Below are positions 17,268 through 26,913 of a stretch of DNA of 64,000 nucleotides, one piece after another. The position numbers and the translations under genes were made by a program. Location of the stretch: IMG/VR virus record IMGVR_UViG_3300018063_000012, positions 37,318 through 101,317 of that record; one strand, written 5' to 3'. Every line of letters starts with the position of its first letter. The stretch's first letter is position 1. The notes under the pieces are model-generated. The model saw only the letters and a list, made by a program, of their open reading frames with translations, was not told where the DNA came from and ran no database searches. The stretch is from a virus.

Positions 17268-18560
17268 ATGCCCAGTTCATTAGGTAGTCAGAATTTAGCA
17301 CCCAACATTGCGGAAGCTTTTGGTAAACTTGTACCAGAAGTGTTTTCGCAGGAAATCGAGTTGAAGACTCGGGAATTGGGGTTTACCCGATTTCGGGATT
17401 TTGTAGTTTTGAAAGAGGATCTGCAGAAAGATCCAGGGAATTCTCTTCACATTCCTAAAGTAGCTGAATTGCGTGGTGCGCAGAGCCTCGGTCAGACTAA
17501 AATTCTGGCTGGGTCCGGTCAAGCTATTAACACTGGCTTTTTGACCCTGACTCCGACTGAATTTGGTGATGAGATTCAAATCACCCAGTATGCTGGCCTT
17601 GTATCGCCATCTGATTTGGTAGATATGGCACGTGAACTGTTAGCCCGTCAGGCTCTGAAGTCTGAAAATTTTACAGTTCGTGACGTTATGTTCGGAGCTT
17701 CCGCTAACCGGCGTTTCGCTGGTGGTGTGGCCGCGAAGACTGACGTTACCGCAGATTTAGACAAGGATGATATCGACGCTGTAGTCGAGAACCTTGAGAA
17801 CAACGAGTCTTTGAAATGGGCAGGAGAAACCTTTATGGGTTTCATCCATCCGTTTGCGAAAACGGTCATTTTGAATGATGTTGTGAGCGCCGCTGTGTAT
17901 CAGGCCGCAGTCGGTGGACAGCTGTATGCTGGTGAGATTGGTATGGTAAATAGATGCCGGTTTATCGAATCTTCCTACGTTCCTCAGGATGCATATTCTG
18001 CGGCTGGGTTGGCTTCGGCCGGTTCCTCCGGTATTACGATCGCTGATGCCAATGGTTATACTTTGGCTCCGAATCTGTGTCGAGCGGAGACGATTACCTT
18101 TACGTATACTGCTTCTGGAGATTCTTGGGCCGTGTCCGGTTCCAAATCCGGAGCGCGTAAAGCCGCTCTTTTTACTTCGACTGATAACCCGAACGATGCT
18201 ACGAAGAGTCCTGTGGTGGCGAAAGCCGCGTCATATACTGACGGTAACGCAACGACTTATAAAGTGGCGTTGGCTGTGGAAGATGAAGATGGGAATACGA
18301 TCGGCTACGATGTTGTACTGAACGCTGGCGCTATGACTGGCGCGGCCTCTGATGACACCGCTACATTGCTGATTGTGGTTCATACCTTGACTTCTATTTT
18401 CGGTCAGAGACATCTGGCCTTCGGTGTGATTAAGCCAGTTACCTTCTTGGGTGCTGAGGCATTTGACTATGGACGTATCGTGGGCATAGCTTGGAACGCG
18501 TTTTGGGCATGCGACTTTCTTCATAAATCATATGGATATGTCATGCAGGCTCTAAGGTAA
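17268..18560 (+). CDS. Major capsid protein (HK97 fold, N4-gp56-like)
   Basis: PEVFSQEI, EFGDEIQIT, FIHP, GEIGMVNRCRFIES, DYGRIVGIAW; follows scaffold; strong hairpin downstream. Confidence 0.85.
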   Translation: MPSSLGSQNLAPNIAEAFGKLVPEVFSQEIELKTRELGFTRFRDFVVLKEDLQKDPGNSLHIPKVAELRGAQSLGQTKILAGSGQAINTGFLTLTPTEFGDEIQITQYAGLVSPSDLVDMARELLARQALKSENFTVRDVMFGASANRRFAGGVAAKTDVTADLDKDDIDAVVENLENNESLKWAGETFMGFIHPFAKTVILNDVVSAAVYQAAVGGQLYAGEIGMVNRCRFIESSYVPQDAYSAAGLASAGSSGITIADANGYTLAPNLCRAETITFTYTASGDSWAVSGSKSGARKAALFTSTDNPNDATKSPVVAKAASYTDGNATTYKVALAVEDEDGNTIGYDVVLNAGAMTGAASDDTATLLIVVHTLTSIFGQRHLAFGVIKPVTFLGAEAFDYGRIVGIAWNAFWACDFLHKSYGYVMQALR

Positions 18561-18598
18561 TTGAATAAGGATAATTAAGTAGTTAGTTGTATACATAT

Positions 18599-18627
18599 TG
18601 GCCGGGCCGGTTAAACCGGCCCGGCCA
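18599..18627 (+). terminator. GC-rich hairpin after the capsid gene (terminator or mRNA stabiliser)
   Basis: TGGCCGGGCCGGTT-A-AACCGGCCCGGCCA inverted repeat followed by TTTG. Confidence 0.7.
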
Positions 18628-18651
18628 TTTGTGTTAGAAAGGAGAGATAAT

Positions 18652-18837
18652 ATGGATACGAATAAACCAAACCAGAATATAGGTAACGCTAAGAAACATA
18701 GAGTATTGGTAGTGAAGGATGAGTCCTTTGAATATGGTCAGACAAAGAAAAACTTTTTTCGCGGACAGTTAATCAATATTGAACATGAACTATATGATAA
18801 ACTTAAGACAGCGGGGATTATAGTAGACGCTCCGTAG
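18652..18837 (+). CDS. Small head-associated hypothetical protein
   Basis: ATG 18652 with AAAGGAG SD. Confidence 0.55.
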   Translation: MDTNKPNQNIGNAKKHRVLVVKDESFEYGQTKKNFFRGQLINIEHELYDKLKTAGIIVDAP

Positions 18838-18846
18838 GAGTTTTAA

Positions 18847-19368
18847 ATGCGTGTTTTTGAAGCCAAACAAGGCGATACCATCATTCTGGAAAAGATCTTC
18901 GTTCGTAATGACCAGTTAAAGATAGCTTCGTCCGATGTATTAGTTTTTGTATTTGCATTACCAAGCGGATTTGAGCAGGCACCAATAGAAACATACGGAA
19001 ATTACATAGGAGAGCCTTTTATAATAGGTGAGAAGGCGGTACTAAATACTGTGACTAATCGATATGAATATAGTTTGCAGGTCGGACAGTCCTGGGGATT
19101 GGGAACATACTTAGTCCGCTGGAATGCAACCATAGAGTCCGGAAATATATTTGAATGGGACCGCCTAATGATTATTGGAGCGACAACTCAGGATATAGCG
19201 GACGTGATGGCGATGCCTAATTCTGTAACTGCTAATGGAATATCAGTTGATTATAGTCAGAAATTAGATAATCTAACAAGCCAAAGACCAATTGATGTTG
19301 GACAAATATCCAAAGATAGAGCCAGAGCAGTTCCGGATATTAGAAACAAGGACTATAAGAGAAAGTAA
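18847..19368 (+). CDS. Putative head completion / structural protein
   Basis: Position after capsid; beta-rich (GTYLVRW). Confidence 0.5.
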   Translation: MRVFEAKQGDTIILEKIFVRNDQLKIASSDVLVFVFALPSGFEQAPIETYGNYIGEPFIIGEKAVLNTVTNRYEYSLQVGQSWGLGTYLVRWNATIESGNIFEWDRLMIIGATTQDIADVMAMPNSVTANGISVDYSQKLDNLTSQRPIDVGQISKDRARAVPDIRNKDYKRK

Positions 19369-19796
19369 TGGGAATACAGTATTTATCGGAAAAACAAATA
19401 CGGCAGATGAAGATAGACTTTGAAAAGTCTGTTTTGATTGCCGGTTTTGATATTACATATAAGAAGTTCGAGAACTTAAATGAATCGGATCCTCTATATG
19501 ATGGAGAACGTAAAAAGAAGGATTTAATATATCGGAATGTCAAGATTAAAGCCCTTGTGAATCTGAACCCTCGGGCGTGGGTGACAGATGACTTGGGTAA
19601 TAGGAAAGATATAGATGCACAATTTACTATAGCTGCAAAGTCATTTGAGGATTTGCAGTTGGACGCGGTGGATGCAAGAGATAGGGTTGAGTTTGGAGAC
19701 GAGGAGTATATTATAATACAGATAAGAAAAGGTCCGCTTCCGATGGGAGAGGTATTATCATATATGTTATCCTGTAAAACAATGGTGGGAATCTAA
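19368..19796 (+). CDS. Putative head closure (stopper) protein
   Basis: Size, position, DRVEFGDEEYII motif. Confidence 0.6.
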   Translation: MGIQYLSEKQIRQMKIDFEKSVLIAGFDITYKKFENLNESDPLYDGERKKKDLIYRNVKIKALVNLNPRAWVTDDLGNRKDIDAQFTIAAKSFEDLQLDAVDARDRVEFGDEEYIIIQIRKGPLPMGEVLSYMLSCKTMVGI

Positions 19797-20296
19797 TGAT
19801 TAAAGTCACCATAGAAAAAAATGACCTTGATAAACTTAAATCATTATTTTCTGCATTAGGGGAGAATGCTCCAAGAGCCGCCGATGGACTTATGCAGACT
19901 ATAGCATCAGATTTGAAGTTCGCCTTTAAACAGAATCTATGGGAACGTAAACTAAAATTGGAACCACTTAAACCATCATACTTACAGAGTAAAGTTGCAA
20001 TGGGTAGGTTTCCACAAATATTGATTAGCACAAGTCAAATGGTAGCGTCGGTAGAATCTCGAAAATTAGAGAACTTTGTATACTTTATTGGAGTACCATC
20101 AGGGAAGGTGCATAAAAAGACAGGTATTAAATTGAGTGATTTGGCGATGATACATGAGTTCGGTTCAATTGCAAGAGGTATACCACCACGTCCAGCTTGG
20201 ACATTGACAGCAGTGCGATTTGAGAAACAGGTGCCAAAGATAATTGATAAGTTCCTAACTAAGTTCGCTAAAGATTTACTAGCAGGTAAAGTATAA
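19796..20296 (+). CDS. Neck / tail completion protein (virion morphogenesis, HK97 gp10-like)
   Basis: AMIHEFG...IPPRPAW. Confidence 0.75.
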   Translation: MIKVTIEKNDLDKLKSLFSALGENAPRAADGLMQTIASDLKFAFKQNLWERKLKLEPLKPSYLQSKVAMGRFPQILISTSQMVASVESRKLENFVYFIGVPSGKVHKKTGIKLSDLAMIHEFGSIARGIPPRPAWTLTAVRFEKQVPKIIDKFLTKFAKDLLAGKV

Positions 20297-20619
20297 TGGC
20301 TTGGACAGAGGCCGCAAGAGCCGCGAGTGCATTAGTTAGACGACAGCGTGGTAAGAAGATTACTCCAATAGGAGATAAGAAATTTGCCGGACTTAAACTA
20401 AAAGCAACTGGAAAATCACTAACGAAAAGAGTACCGTTCGGTATTAATAGAGCGGGGAAGACTGTATATACAAGAGTGCCGATAAAACCAAACCTGAAGT
20501 ATAAGAATAGGAAATCTAATCAACAGAAACCCTTTGTTCCAAGTGGTAGATTTTATAACGTGGTAGGACGCCACGGCTGGAAGAAGAGGATTAAAAATAC
20601 AATAAAGTTGGGCGGATAA
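20296..20619 (+). CDS. MAW-leader highly basic protein, dispersed copy 9
   Basis: MAWTEAARAASALVRRQRGKKITP...KLGG*. Confidence 0.85.
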   Translation: MAWTEAARAASALVRRQRGKKITPIGDKKFAGLKLKATGKSLTKRVPFGINRAGKTVYTRVPIKPNLKYKNRKSNQQKPFVPSGRFYNVVGRHGWKKRIKNTIKLGG

Positions 20620-20620
20620 G

Positions 20621-21238
20621 ATGGCGGACTACGCTGATATTTTAAATATATTTGTAAAAGTTGACCAAGCTATCAAAGACGTTGTTCACGAGAAATTGAT
20701 TATCCTGCAGGGAACTAATATGGAGACTAAGATACCAGCACGGATCCTTGGGGTAGAAGAAGAATTTAACTCCGCCAGCTATCCATCATTTATAGTTAAT
20801 CCCTTAGATGTACGACTTGACCTAAGGAGGTTTAATGATGAACGTCAAATCGAAGATGCAACATCGCTGACTAAAAGAGTGAAAGCACCAAAACAACCTT
20901 ATCTGGCGACTTACATTGTGTCGGGATTTGCCCAAAATATGCGAGTCCTCAGAGAGATGCAGTTTTTTCTTGCGTCGGCCTTTCCGGTAAATGGATTCAT
21001 AACTATAAATGGAACGGAGGATATCAGGATTGACTTAAAGTCACAGGATAGTAATGTGGACTTTCCGAATAAGGAATTTGTGTCCAGAATGATTCTGGAT
21101 GCTTGGATACTACTTGATGTTGATGTCACAGGAGAATTAGTGAAACGAGTATATAATACTATTACTATTTCATTCCATAATCAAGACGGACGGTCAGCAG
21201 TAGTTGATACAGAAGACTTTAGTTGGGATGTATCCTAA
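20621..21238 (+). CDS. Putative tail terminator (Pvc16/DUF4255-like position)
   Basis: Position before the sheath; YPSF...DVRLDLRR...PYLATYIV. Confidence 0.55.
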   Translation: MADYADILNIFVKVDQAIKDVVHEKLIILQGTNMETKIPARILGVEEEFNSASYPSFIVNPLDVRLDLRRFNDERQIEDATSLTKRVKAPKQPYLATYIVSGFAQNMRVLREMQFFLASAFPVNGFITINGTEDIRIDLKSQDSNVDFPNKEFVSRMILDAWILLDVDVTGELVKRVYNTITISFHNQDGRSAVVDTEDFSWDVS

Positions 21239-21252
21239 GAGGAGATTCTAAT

Positions 21253-21516
21253 ATGTTGAGTCGCAGAAAGAAAAAAGATGTAGCCATAGAACGAGCGAAA
21301 GCTATTAAAGAATTGAAGGTCGATGTGCCAGATGTGATACTAAATAATCAGGCATCGCCCATAGATATATGTGGCAAGAATGGAAAATCTATTCTTGTGC
21401 TTGAACCTTACGGGAGTGTCACTCTGAGTGATAGCTTGAAGGAAACGCTGAATAACAGCGAACAGTATAGAAACCTAATAGCCAGAGGAATTTTGGCAAA
21501 GGTGAAATACCAGTAA
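21253..21516 (+). CDS. Hypothetical protein
   Basis: GGAGGAG SD and ATG 21253. Confidence 0.5.
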   Translation: MLSRRKKKDVAIERAKAIKELKVDVPDVILNNQASPIDICGKNGKSILVLEPYGSVTLSDSLKETLNNSEQYRNLIARGILAKVKYQ

Positions 21517-21530
21517 CGGAGGAATGACTT

Positions 21531-23039
21531 ATGACAATTGGGATTAACATAACAGAGTTGGTGTCGCAAGGTTCACCGGTCTTAGAAGGTGATAACGAAC
21601 TGACTCCGGGATTCTTGGTAGTGTCTAAACGAGGCCCGGCTGACTTTCCAATACTGATTACCAGTATGAATCAATTCAAAAGACTATTCGGTGAGCATAC
21701 TACTGCCGGATACGGAGCTTATGTTTTGGAAGGTTATTTTTTGAACGGCGGAAGAAAAGCTTTTGTGAGTCGTATAGTTGGCTCCGGTGCCGCGGCTTCC
21801 GCGGTTACATTGGTCGATAGAGCCAGTACGCCATTGGACACATTGACGATTGAAGCTGGATATAAAGGACGACTTGACAAAGGAACTTGGGGGGATAATC
21901 TATCGGTAGCTATTACTGATAACGTAGACGATACCACTCTGTTTGACTTAGAAGTACTTCTCTCCGGTGTGACTAAAGAAGTATGGCGAGGAGTGACTCC
22001 TGCGACAGCTGTCACAGCAATAAATGACTCTGTATCAGGTTCCGAATATATCAAAGCGACTAACGAGAACTCTACTTCAACAGCACCGGATAATAATCCA
22101 GCAGTCGGAAGTTCAAACTTAAGTGCCGGTGTCGCAGGTTCCGCCCCGGCCGTTACAGCATATAATGGAGTGCAGGCTGACTTTACAGGGGTGTATGCTT
22201 TCGATGCACTTGATATTAGTCATCTGGCTAATGCGGAGTCGACTGATGCAACGCATTTAGATAATCTGCGAGATTATTGTTCAGCGAGAGGAACCATTCT
22301 TGGAGTGGCCTCTATTCCAGTTGCATCAACTGTGTCTTCCGCTAAGACATTCGGACAGGCATTGCAAATTTCAAATGCTTATATGGCACTGTATGGCGGA
22401 TGGGTTTTGGTGAGTGACCCAATTGGTTCGGGTCCTAATCCACTTAAATGGGTGTCCCCGGTTGGACATGTCCTTGGAGTATATGCCAGAACATTGCGTG
22501 ACCGTGGAGTGCATAAAGCCCCGGCTGGTGTAACAGACGGCCAGCTAAAAGGAGTTTTTGATATTGATATGGATGTGAATAATGATACAGACTTGACAGA
22601 CTTAGCCACTAATGGTGTGAATACGCTTAAGGCAGTGCCAGGTTATGGTAATTGCGTTCTGGTGTCCAGAACTCTCTCCAAAGATGTTCGGTGGAGATTC
22701 GTGAACGTTCGGAACTTGTTTAACTATGTAAAACGGGCGCTGAAGAATGGATTGGCTTTCGTTCAGCAAGAACCGAATGATGGGGTGCTAAGGGCGAAGG
22801 TTAAGAATAACACTGTCCTTCCTTTTATGCGCACTTTGTTTCAGGCAGGAGCTTTTGGGTCCGGTAAATTTGAGGACTTGGTAAGTATCATTTGTGATGA
22901 ATCTAATAACCCGCCAAACGAGATTGAGTTGGGAAATTTCCATCTGGATATGACTTTCTTCCCAAGCAAACCAGCGGAGAGTATTTTCATCTCTGTAGCC
23001 CAGCAACAGACAGGTAGTTCAGCCGCGTCCGAGACTTAA
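21531..23039 (+). CDS. Contractile tail sheath protein
   Basis: RGVHKAPAG, WRFVNVR, EPN, ICDESNNP, PSKPAE. Confidence 0.95.
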   Translation: MTIGINITELVSQGSPVLEGDNELTPGFLVVSKRGPADFPILITSMNQFKRLFGEHTTAGYGAYVLEGYFLNGGRKAFVSRIVGSGAAASAVTLVDRASTPLDTLTIEAGYKGRLDKGTWGDNLSVAITDNVDDTTLFDLEVLLSGVTKEVWRGVTPATAVTAINDSVSGSEYIKATNENSTSTAPDNNPAVGSSNLSAGVAGSAPAVTAYNGVQADFTGVYAFDALDISHLANAESTDATHLDNLRDYCSARGTILGVASIPVASTVSSAKTFGQALQISNAYMALYGGWVLVSDPIGSGPNPLKWVSPVGHVLGVYARTLRDRGVHKAPAGVTDGQLKGVFDIDMDVNNDTDLTDLATNGVNTLKAVPGYGNCVLVSRTLSKDVRWRFVNVRNLFNYVKRALKNGLAFVQQEPNDGVLRAKVKNNTVLPFMRTLFQAGAFGSGKFEDLVSIICDESNNPPNEIELGNFHLDMTFFPSKPAESIFISVAQQQTGSSAASET

Positions 23040-23040
23040 G

Positions 23041-23514
23041 ATGAAGATTTGCTCTAAATGTAGAATAGAGAAAGAGCTCTCCGATTTTGGATTAGATAAC
23101 AGAATGAGACTGGGGAGAAGATCCGCCTGTCGGGAATGTAATGCTAAATTTAAACGAGAGCAGTATTCTAAAAATAGAGAACAAATTTTAATAGACGTTA
23201 AAAAATACCAAGCAAAATATCCAGAAGTGGGATTAAACGCCACTTTGAAACGGTCATATGGAATAATGAGTAAAGATTGGGATAGGATGTTTAATACCCA
23301 AGAAGATATGTGTGCAAGATGTCATAAACTAATGGATAGAAATAAGAGAAGAGAAATTCACGTCGACCATAATCATTTAACTGGACAAGTGCGAGCTTTA
23401 ATCCACCGCAGGTGTAACCTTTTGATTAGTGGAGTAGATGATAAGGATGAACTAAAGTTGTCGCTAGAATACTTGAAAAAGTATGATAGAGAATGGGCTA
23501 TGGAGGTTAAATAA
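23041..23514 (+). CDS. Endonuclease VII-type homing endonuclease
   Basis: CSKC...CREC zinc finger; CARC...HVDHNHLTGQVRAL..RRCN. Confidence 0.8.
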   Translation: MKICSKCRIEKELSDFGLDNRMRLGRRSACRECNAKFKREQYSKNREQILIDVKKYQAKYPEVGLNATLKRSYGIMSKDWDRMFNTQEDMCARCHKLMDRNKRREIHVDHNHLTGQVRALIHRRCNLLISGVDDKDELKLSLEYLKKYDREWAMEVK

Positions 23515-23516
23515 TT

Positions 23517-23975
23517 ATGACAGAGAAGTGGAAAGGTAATCATTTCGTAGTAGAGATTGACGGGATTCAGTCCCCAACTATAGATGCCGTGCAGGGATTG
23601 TCAATGGGATCCACTACGGCACTTGAAATCGTGGATGCGGGAACTAATTTAATTGATAAGATTAGCTCCGGGATTGTAAAATTCGCACCACTTATTTTGA
23701 TGCGTAATATGGACGGTTCACCGGCTGACCAAGCTTTTATTGACTGGTTTAAAGAGATGTTTGATTTGACTGACCCTATTGCATCACTGGGGAGTAATAC
23801 CAGACGGAATGGTGCAATTGTTAAAAGGGAATTCGGTCAAGAAGTCCTACGCATAGGATTTGTAGGTGCATGGATTCGTGAGATGACACTCGGCGACCTG
23901 ACTTCAAATGCCGAAGATCTGTGGAAAAGAACTATTACATTAGAACACCAAGGATTATTCGAAACAATATCGTAA
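23517..23975 (+). CDS. Tail tube protein (T4 gp19-like)
   Basis: FVVEIDGI, RRNGAI, AW...GDL, ITLEHQG; follows the sheath. Confidence 0.85.
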   Translation: MTEKWKGNHFVVEIDGIQSPTIDAVQGLSMGSTTALEIVDAGTNLIDKISSGIVKFAPLILMRNMDGSPADQAFIDWFKEMFDLTDPIASLGSNTRRNGAIVKREFGQEVLRIGFVGAWIREMTLGDLTSNAEDLWKRTITLEHQGLFETIS

Positions 23976-23994
23976 ATTAAAACAGGAGGAATGT

Positions 23995-24213
23995 ATGGAA
24001 AATTTTACAGGTAGTAAGATGGACGATTCCGGAAAGTTGCCCCTTAGTCAAGCCGGTGACGGGAAAAATATGAGTCCAGAGGCTGGAAATCAGGGAGACC
24101 CCTCGAGCGCCGGACCGACTAAAGAAGCCGCCGCATCCGGTAATCTTGATAGTGTTGTTGGTAATAAGGGGGACGAGTCAAGCAATAAACCATATAATAA
24201 AACCGGTAATTAA
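23995..24213 (+). CDS. Small disordered Gly/Ser/Asn-rich protein
   Basis: AGGAGG SD; low-complexity polar sequence. Confidence 0.55.
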   Translation: MENFTGSKMDDSGKLPLSQAGDGKNMSPEAGNQGDPSSAGPTKEAAASGNLDSVVGNKGDESSNKPYNKTGN

Positions 24214-24285
24214 GATTCGGAAGACTTGTGTCCAAAAAGAATAAGAAACGCAAAAGGAAATCACTTAAATAAAAGGAGAACTACA

Positions 24286-25044
24286 ATGGACTTTACATTA
24301 CCAATCGGTGTTCAGAAAGACGGAAAGACGATTAAGAGCATGGAAGTTAAGGAACTGGATGGATATGCCAGAAGGATCCTAACGGACATCAAGAAGAATA
24401 AGAATGCGGCTAAAGTTGTGACCGGTCTTCTAGGGCATTGCCTTATGGTAGATGGAAAGTCTATTGGTGATGTATTAGCACAGAGGATGTTTGTTGTAGA
24501 TAGGAATGCGGCACTGGTCGCCCTGCAGAGGGAGTCTAACGGAGATAACGTGGTCGCGCATTATAACTGTGTATGGTGCAATCAGGGATTTGAATTTGAG
24601 GATAATCTGGCACTACTTGACTGTCAGATACTTCCTGAAGGAGAACTACTTGAAACTGTAACAGTGCAACTCGATAAGGGATTTAAAGATTCTGAAGATA
24701 ATGTCCACAGAGATGTAACGATGAGAGTGCCGACTGGACAGGACGAAGAGGTAACTGCGCATATGTTTTTGGAGAGCTATCAGCAATGGTGCTCGACTAT
24801 TATAATTCGACTGACTACTAAATTCGGTGATTTAGATATGGATAAATTCGCTGGACTCGGTGTTAAAGTTATCGACGCAATATCCGCCCGGGATATTGAT
24901 AAATTGATTGCGGCAGTGAATACCGAGCTCCCGGGGTATAAAACTAAGCACGATGTCATTTGTGCTAACTGTCAAAAAGTTGTGACAGTAAGTCAGGATA
25001 TGTCAAGTTTTTTCTTGCCGAATCAAATGGTGAATATGCGATAA
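24286..25044 (+). CDS. Tail assembly chaperone (gpG-equivalent)
   Basis: FTLPIG, DRNAALVALQR, CxxC pairs, ends in FF; between tube and tape measure. Confidence 0.7.
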   Translation: MDFTLPIGVQKDGKTIKSMEVKELDGYARRILTDIKKNKNAAKVVTGLLGHCLMVDGKSIGDVLAQRMFVVDRNAALVALQRESNGDNVVAHYNCVWCNQGFEFEDNLALLDCQILPEGELLETVTVQLDKGFKDSEDNVHRDVTMRVPTGQDEEVTAHMFLESYQQWCSTIIIRLTTKFGDLDMDKFAGLGVKVIDAISARDIDKLIAAVNTELPGYKTKHDVICANCQKVVTVSQDMSSFFLPNQMVNMR

Positions 25045-25202
25045 ACGAGGTTATATATTTGCTGGCCAGTAAATATCACTGGGGCTACGAGGAGATCCTG
25101 CGAATGCCATATCAAGCAATTGATTGGCACTTTAATAGATTGATGAGAGATCTGGACGCAGAGAAACGCGCAGTAGATGAGATTAAGAGTAAAAACCGGT
25201 GA
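25008..25202 (+). CDS. -1 frameshift extension of the tail chaperone (P2 gpE'/DUF6760-like)
   Basis: Slippery T TTT TTC at 25008-25014; -1 frame reads FLAESNGEY...YHWGYEEILRMP...KNR*. Confidence 0.7.
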   Translation, partial: FFLAESNGEYAINEVIYLLASKYHWGYEEILRMPYQAIDWHFNRLMRDLDAEKRAVDEIKSKNR

Positions 25203-25208
25203 TGAGGA

Positions 25209-26714
25209 ATGGCTACAGGACAAGAATTCGGATTTGGCTTTAAACTGACGCTCAATGACCAACTAACAAATTCATTAAAAACTGCGGCCGCTGGAATTAA
25301 CCAATTTTCAGGTCAATTCAACGGATTTATTAGTTTAGTGAAGTATGCAACAAGCGCACTAGTTGGCTTCTACGCAACATCACGAGTAATTCAACAGATT
25401 CGCCAATTGCTATACTTCGGTCAGGATCTGGAACAGAAACAAGTTCAGTTGCAAGCACTGACTGGTTCCTTGAAAGAGGCCAGAGGTCTCTTTGAGTTCG
25501 CCCGGAAGAAGGCGGAGCAGTTACCATTCGGAAGTATCACAGAGATTCTCGGTGCAATCAAAGCTATGAATCTTTTCGGATTTAGCGCCCAAAAGCATTT
25601 TGATGCTATAGCTGGACTTGCCGCTGTCTCCGGTGAATCACTTGAATCAGTCGTATATAATCTGAACTTCTTTACACAGTCCGGATTTGCACGCGGGCTT
25701 GCGCGTATGGGCGTGAACGTAAAGGAACTGCAAAAAGCTACCCATGGATTAAGGGCAGGTACTGATGAATTCAGAGAGGCAACTATCAAATTCATTGGAA
25801 GTCAAGAGAAGTTTAAGAATGCAGTCAGTGTGCAGAGAAATACTCTGGCCGGTCTACGAGATGATATTCAAGATGTCTTTGAAGCGTTTAAATTAGATAT
25901 CATAGGATTGAATAAAGAAGGTGGATTACTGGGTGGGTATAAGAGATTCCTGCGACAGATTAGAAACTTTCTGGTAGAACATAAAGAAGGATTGAAACAA
26001 ATAGCAGTATCTATCGGTCGAGTCCTTGGCGGTGTATTTGATATACTTGGACAAGCATTTACAAGAATGACTAAGAGTTTTGGTGGGTGGATTGATTCAA
26101 CAGGGAACATGTTTAAGACTAATCAGGACTTGATTACTCAATTTTTATTTTGGATAGGACTGATTGAGTTGAGAATCGAGGGCATAATGAAAACAGCATG
26201 GGAATGGATGAATAAAATAGCTGATGCTCTGGGCGGCTGGAAAGCAGTTAGTGCTGGACTGGCCGTAATGGTTGCCGGAACTGGCATAGCGACTTTAGGT
26301 TCCTCCATGGTAACACTGGCATCTGCATTAGGGTTATCCTTAGGACCTATGGCGCTGTTAGCGGCCAATTTGTTTATATGGTCCGATGTTGTAATTCAAT
26401 GGCAACACTTAAAAAAGTCAATGTCAGATATGACTTGGGGAGAGATTGCTCAGTCAATAGGATACTACAGTAATTTAGGCGGATTAATGGAAAGTGTAAA
26501 GGGCATTCCTTCCGCCGGAAAACAAAGTATTACTCCAGCTGAATCAACCGCCGCTACAGAACGCATACATGAAATTACAATCGGAACCGTGCATAATCAT
26601 TATGATAATGCCGACCCGAATAAAGCACCAGCGCATGCAACTAAAATGATTGATAGCCTAAAAAATAAACGTGGGGGAGAACAATCGAACCCATCAATAA
26701 GAAATAGAGATTAA
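25209..26714 (+). CDS. Tape measure protein
   Basis: Helical Ala/Gly/Leu-rich; ALTGSLKEA...AEQLPF tape-measure motif; position. Confidence 0.85.
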   Translation: MATGQEFGFGFKLTLNDQLTNSLKTAAAGINQFSGQFNGFISLVKYATSALVGFYATSRVIQQIRQLLYFGQDLEQKQVQLQALTGSLKEARGLFEFARKKAEQLPFGSITEILGAIKAMNLFGFSAQKHFDAIAGLAAVSGESLESVVYNLNFFTQSGFARGLARMGVNVKELQKATHGLRAGTDEFREATIKFIGSQEKFKNAVSVQRNTLAGLRDDIQDVFEAFKLDIIGLNKEGGLLGGYKRFLRQIRNFLVEHKEGLKQIAVSIGRVLGGVFDILGQAFTRMTKSFGGWIDSTGNMFKTNQDLITQFLFWIGLIELRIEGIMKTAWEWMNKIADALGGWKAVSAGLAVMVAGTGIATLGSSMVTLASALGLSLGPMALLAANLFIWSDVVIQWQHLKKSMSDMTWGEIAQSIGYYSNLGGLMESVKGIPSAGKQSITPAESTAATERIHEITIGTVHNHYDNADPNKAPAHATKMIDSLKNKRGGEQSNPSIRNRD

Positions 26715-26913
26715 GGGGGTGAATTAATATGCCAGAAAAAGAAGGATATGGCTCTTTGAAAACTAATGAAACATTTCAAACGGACCCCGGAGAGACACTC
26801 TTCGGCGATATGGAAGATATGCACGATGTTAATTGTCCCGCATACCAGAATGGGATGGGTGCAACGTGTAACTGTAATAAAGATGCGCAGGATATGCAGG
26901 AGAGTGAGTAACA

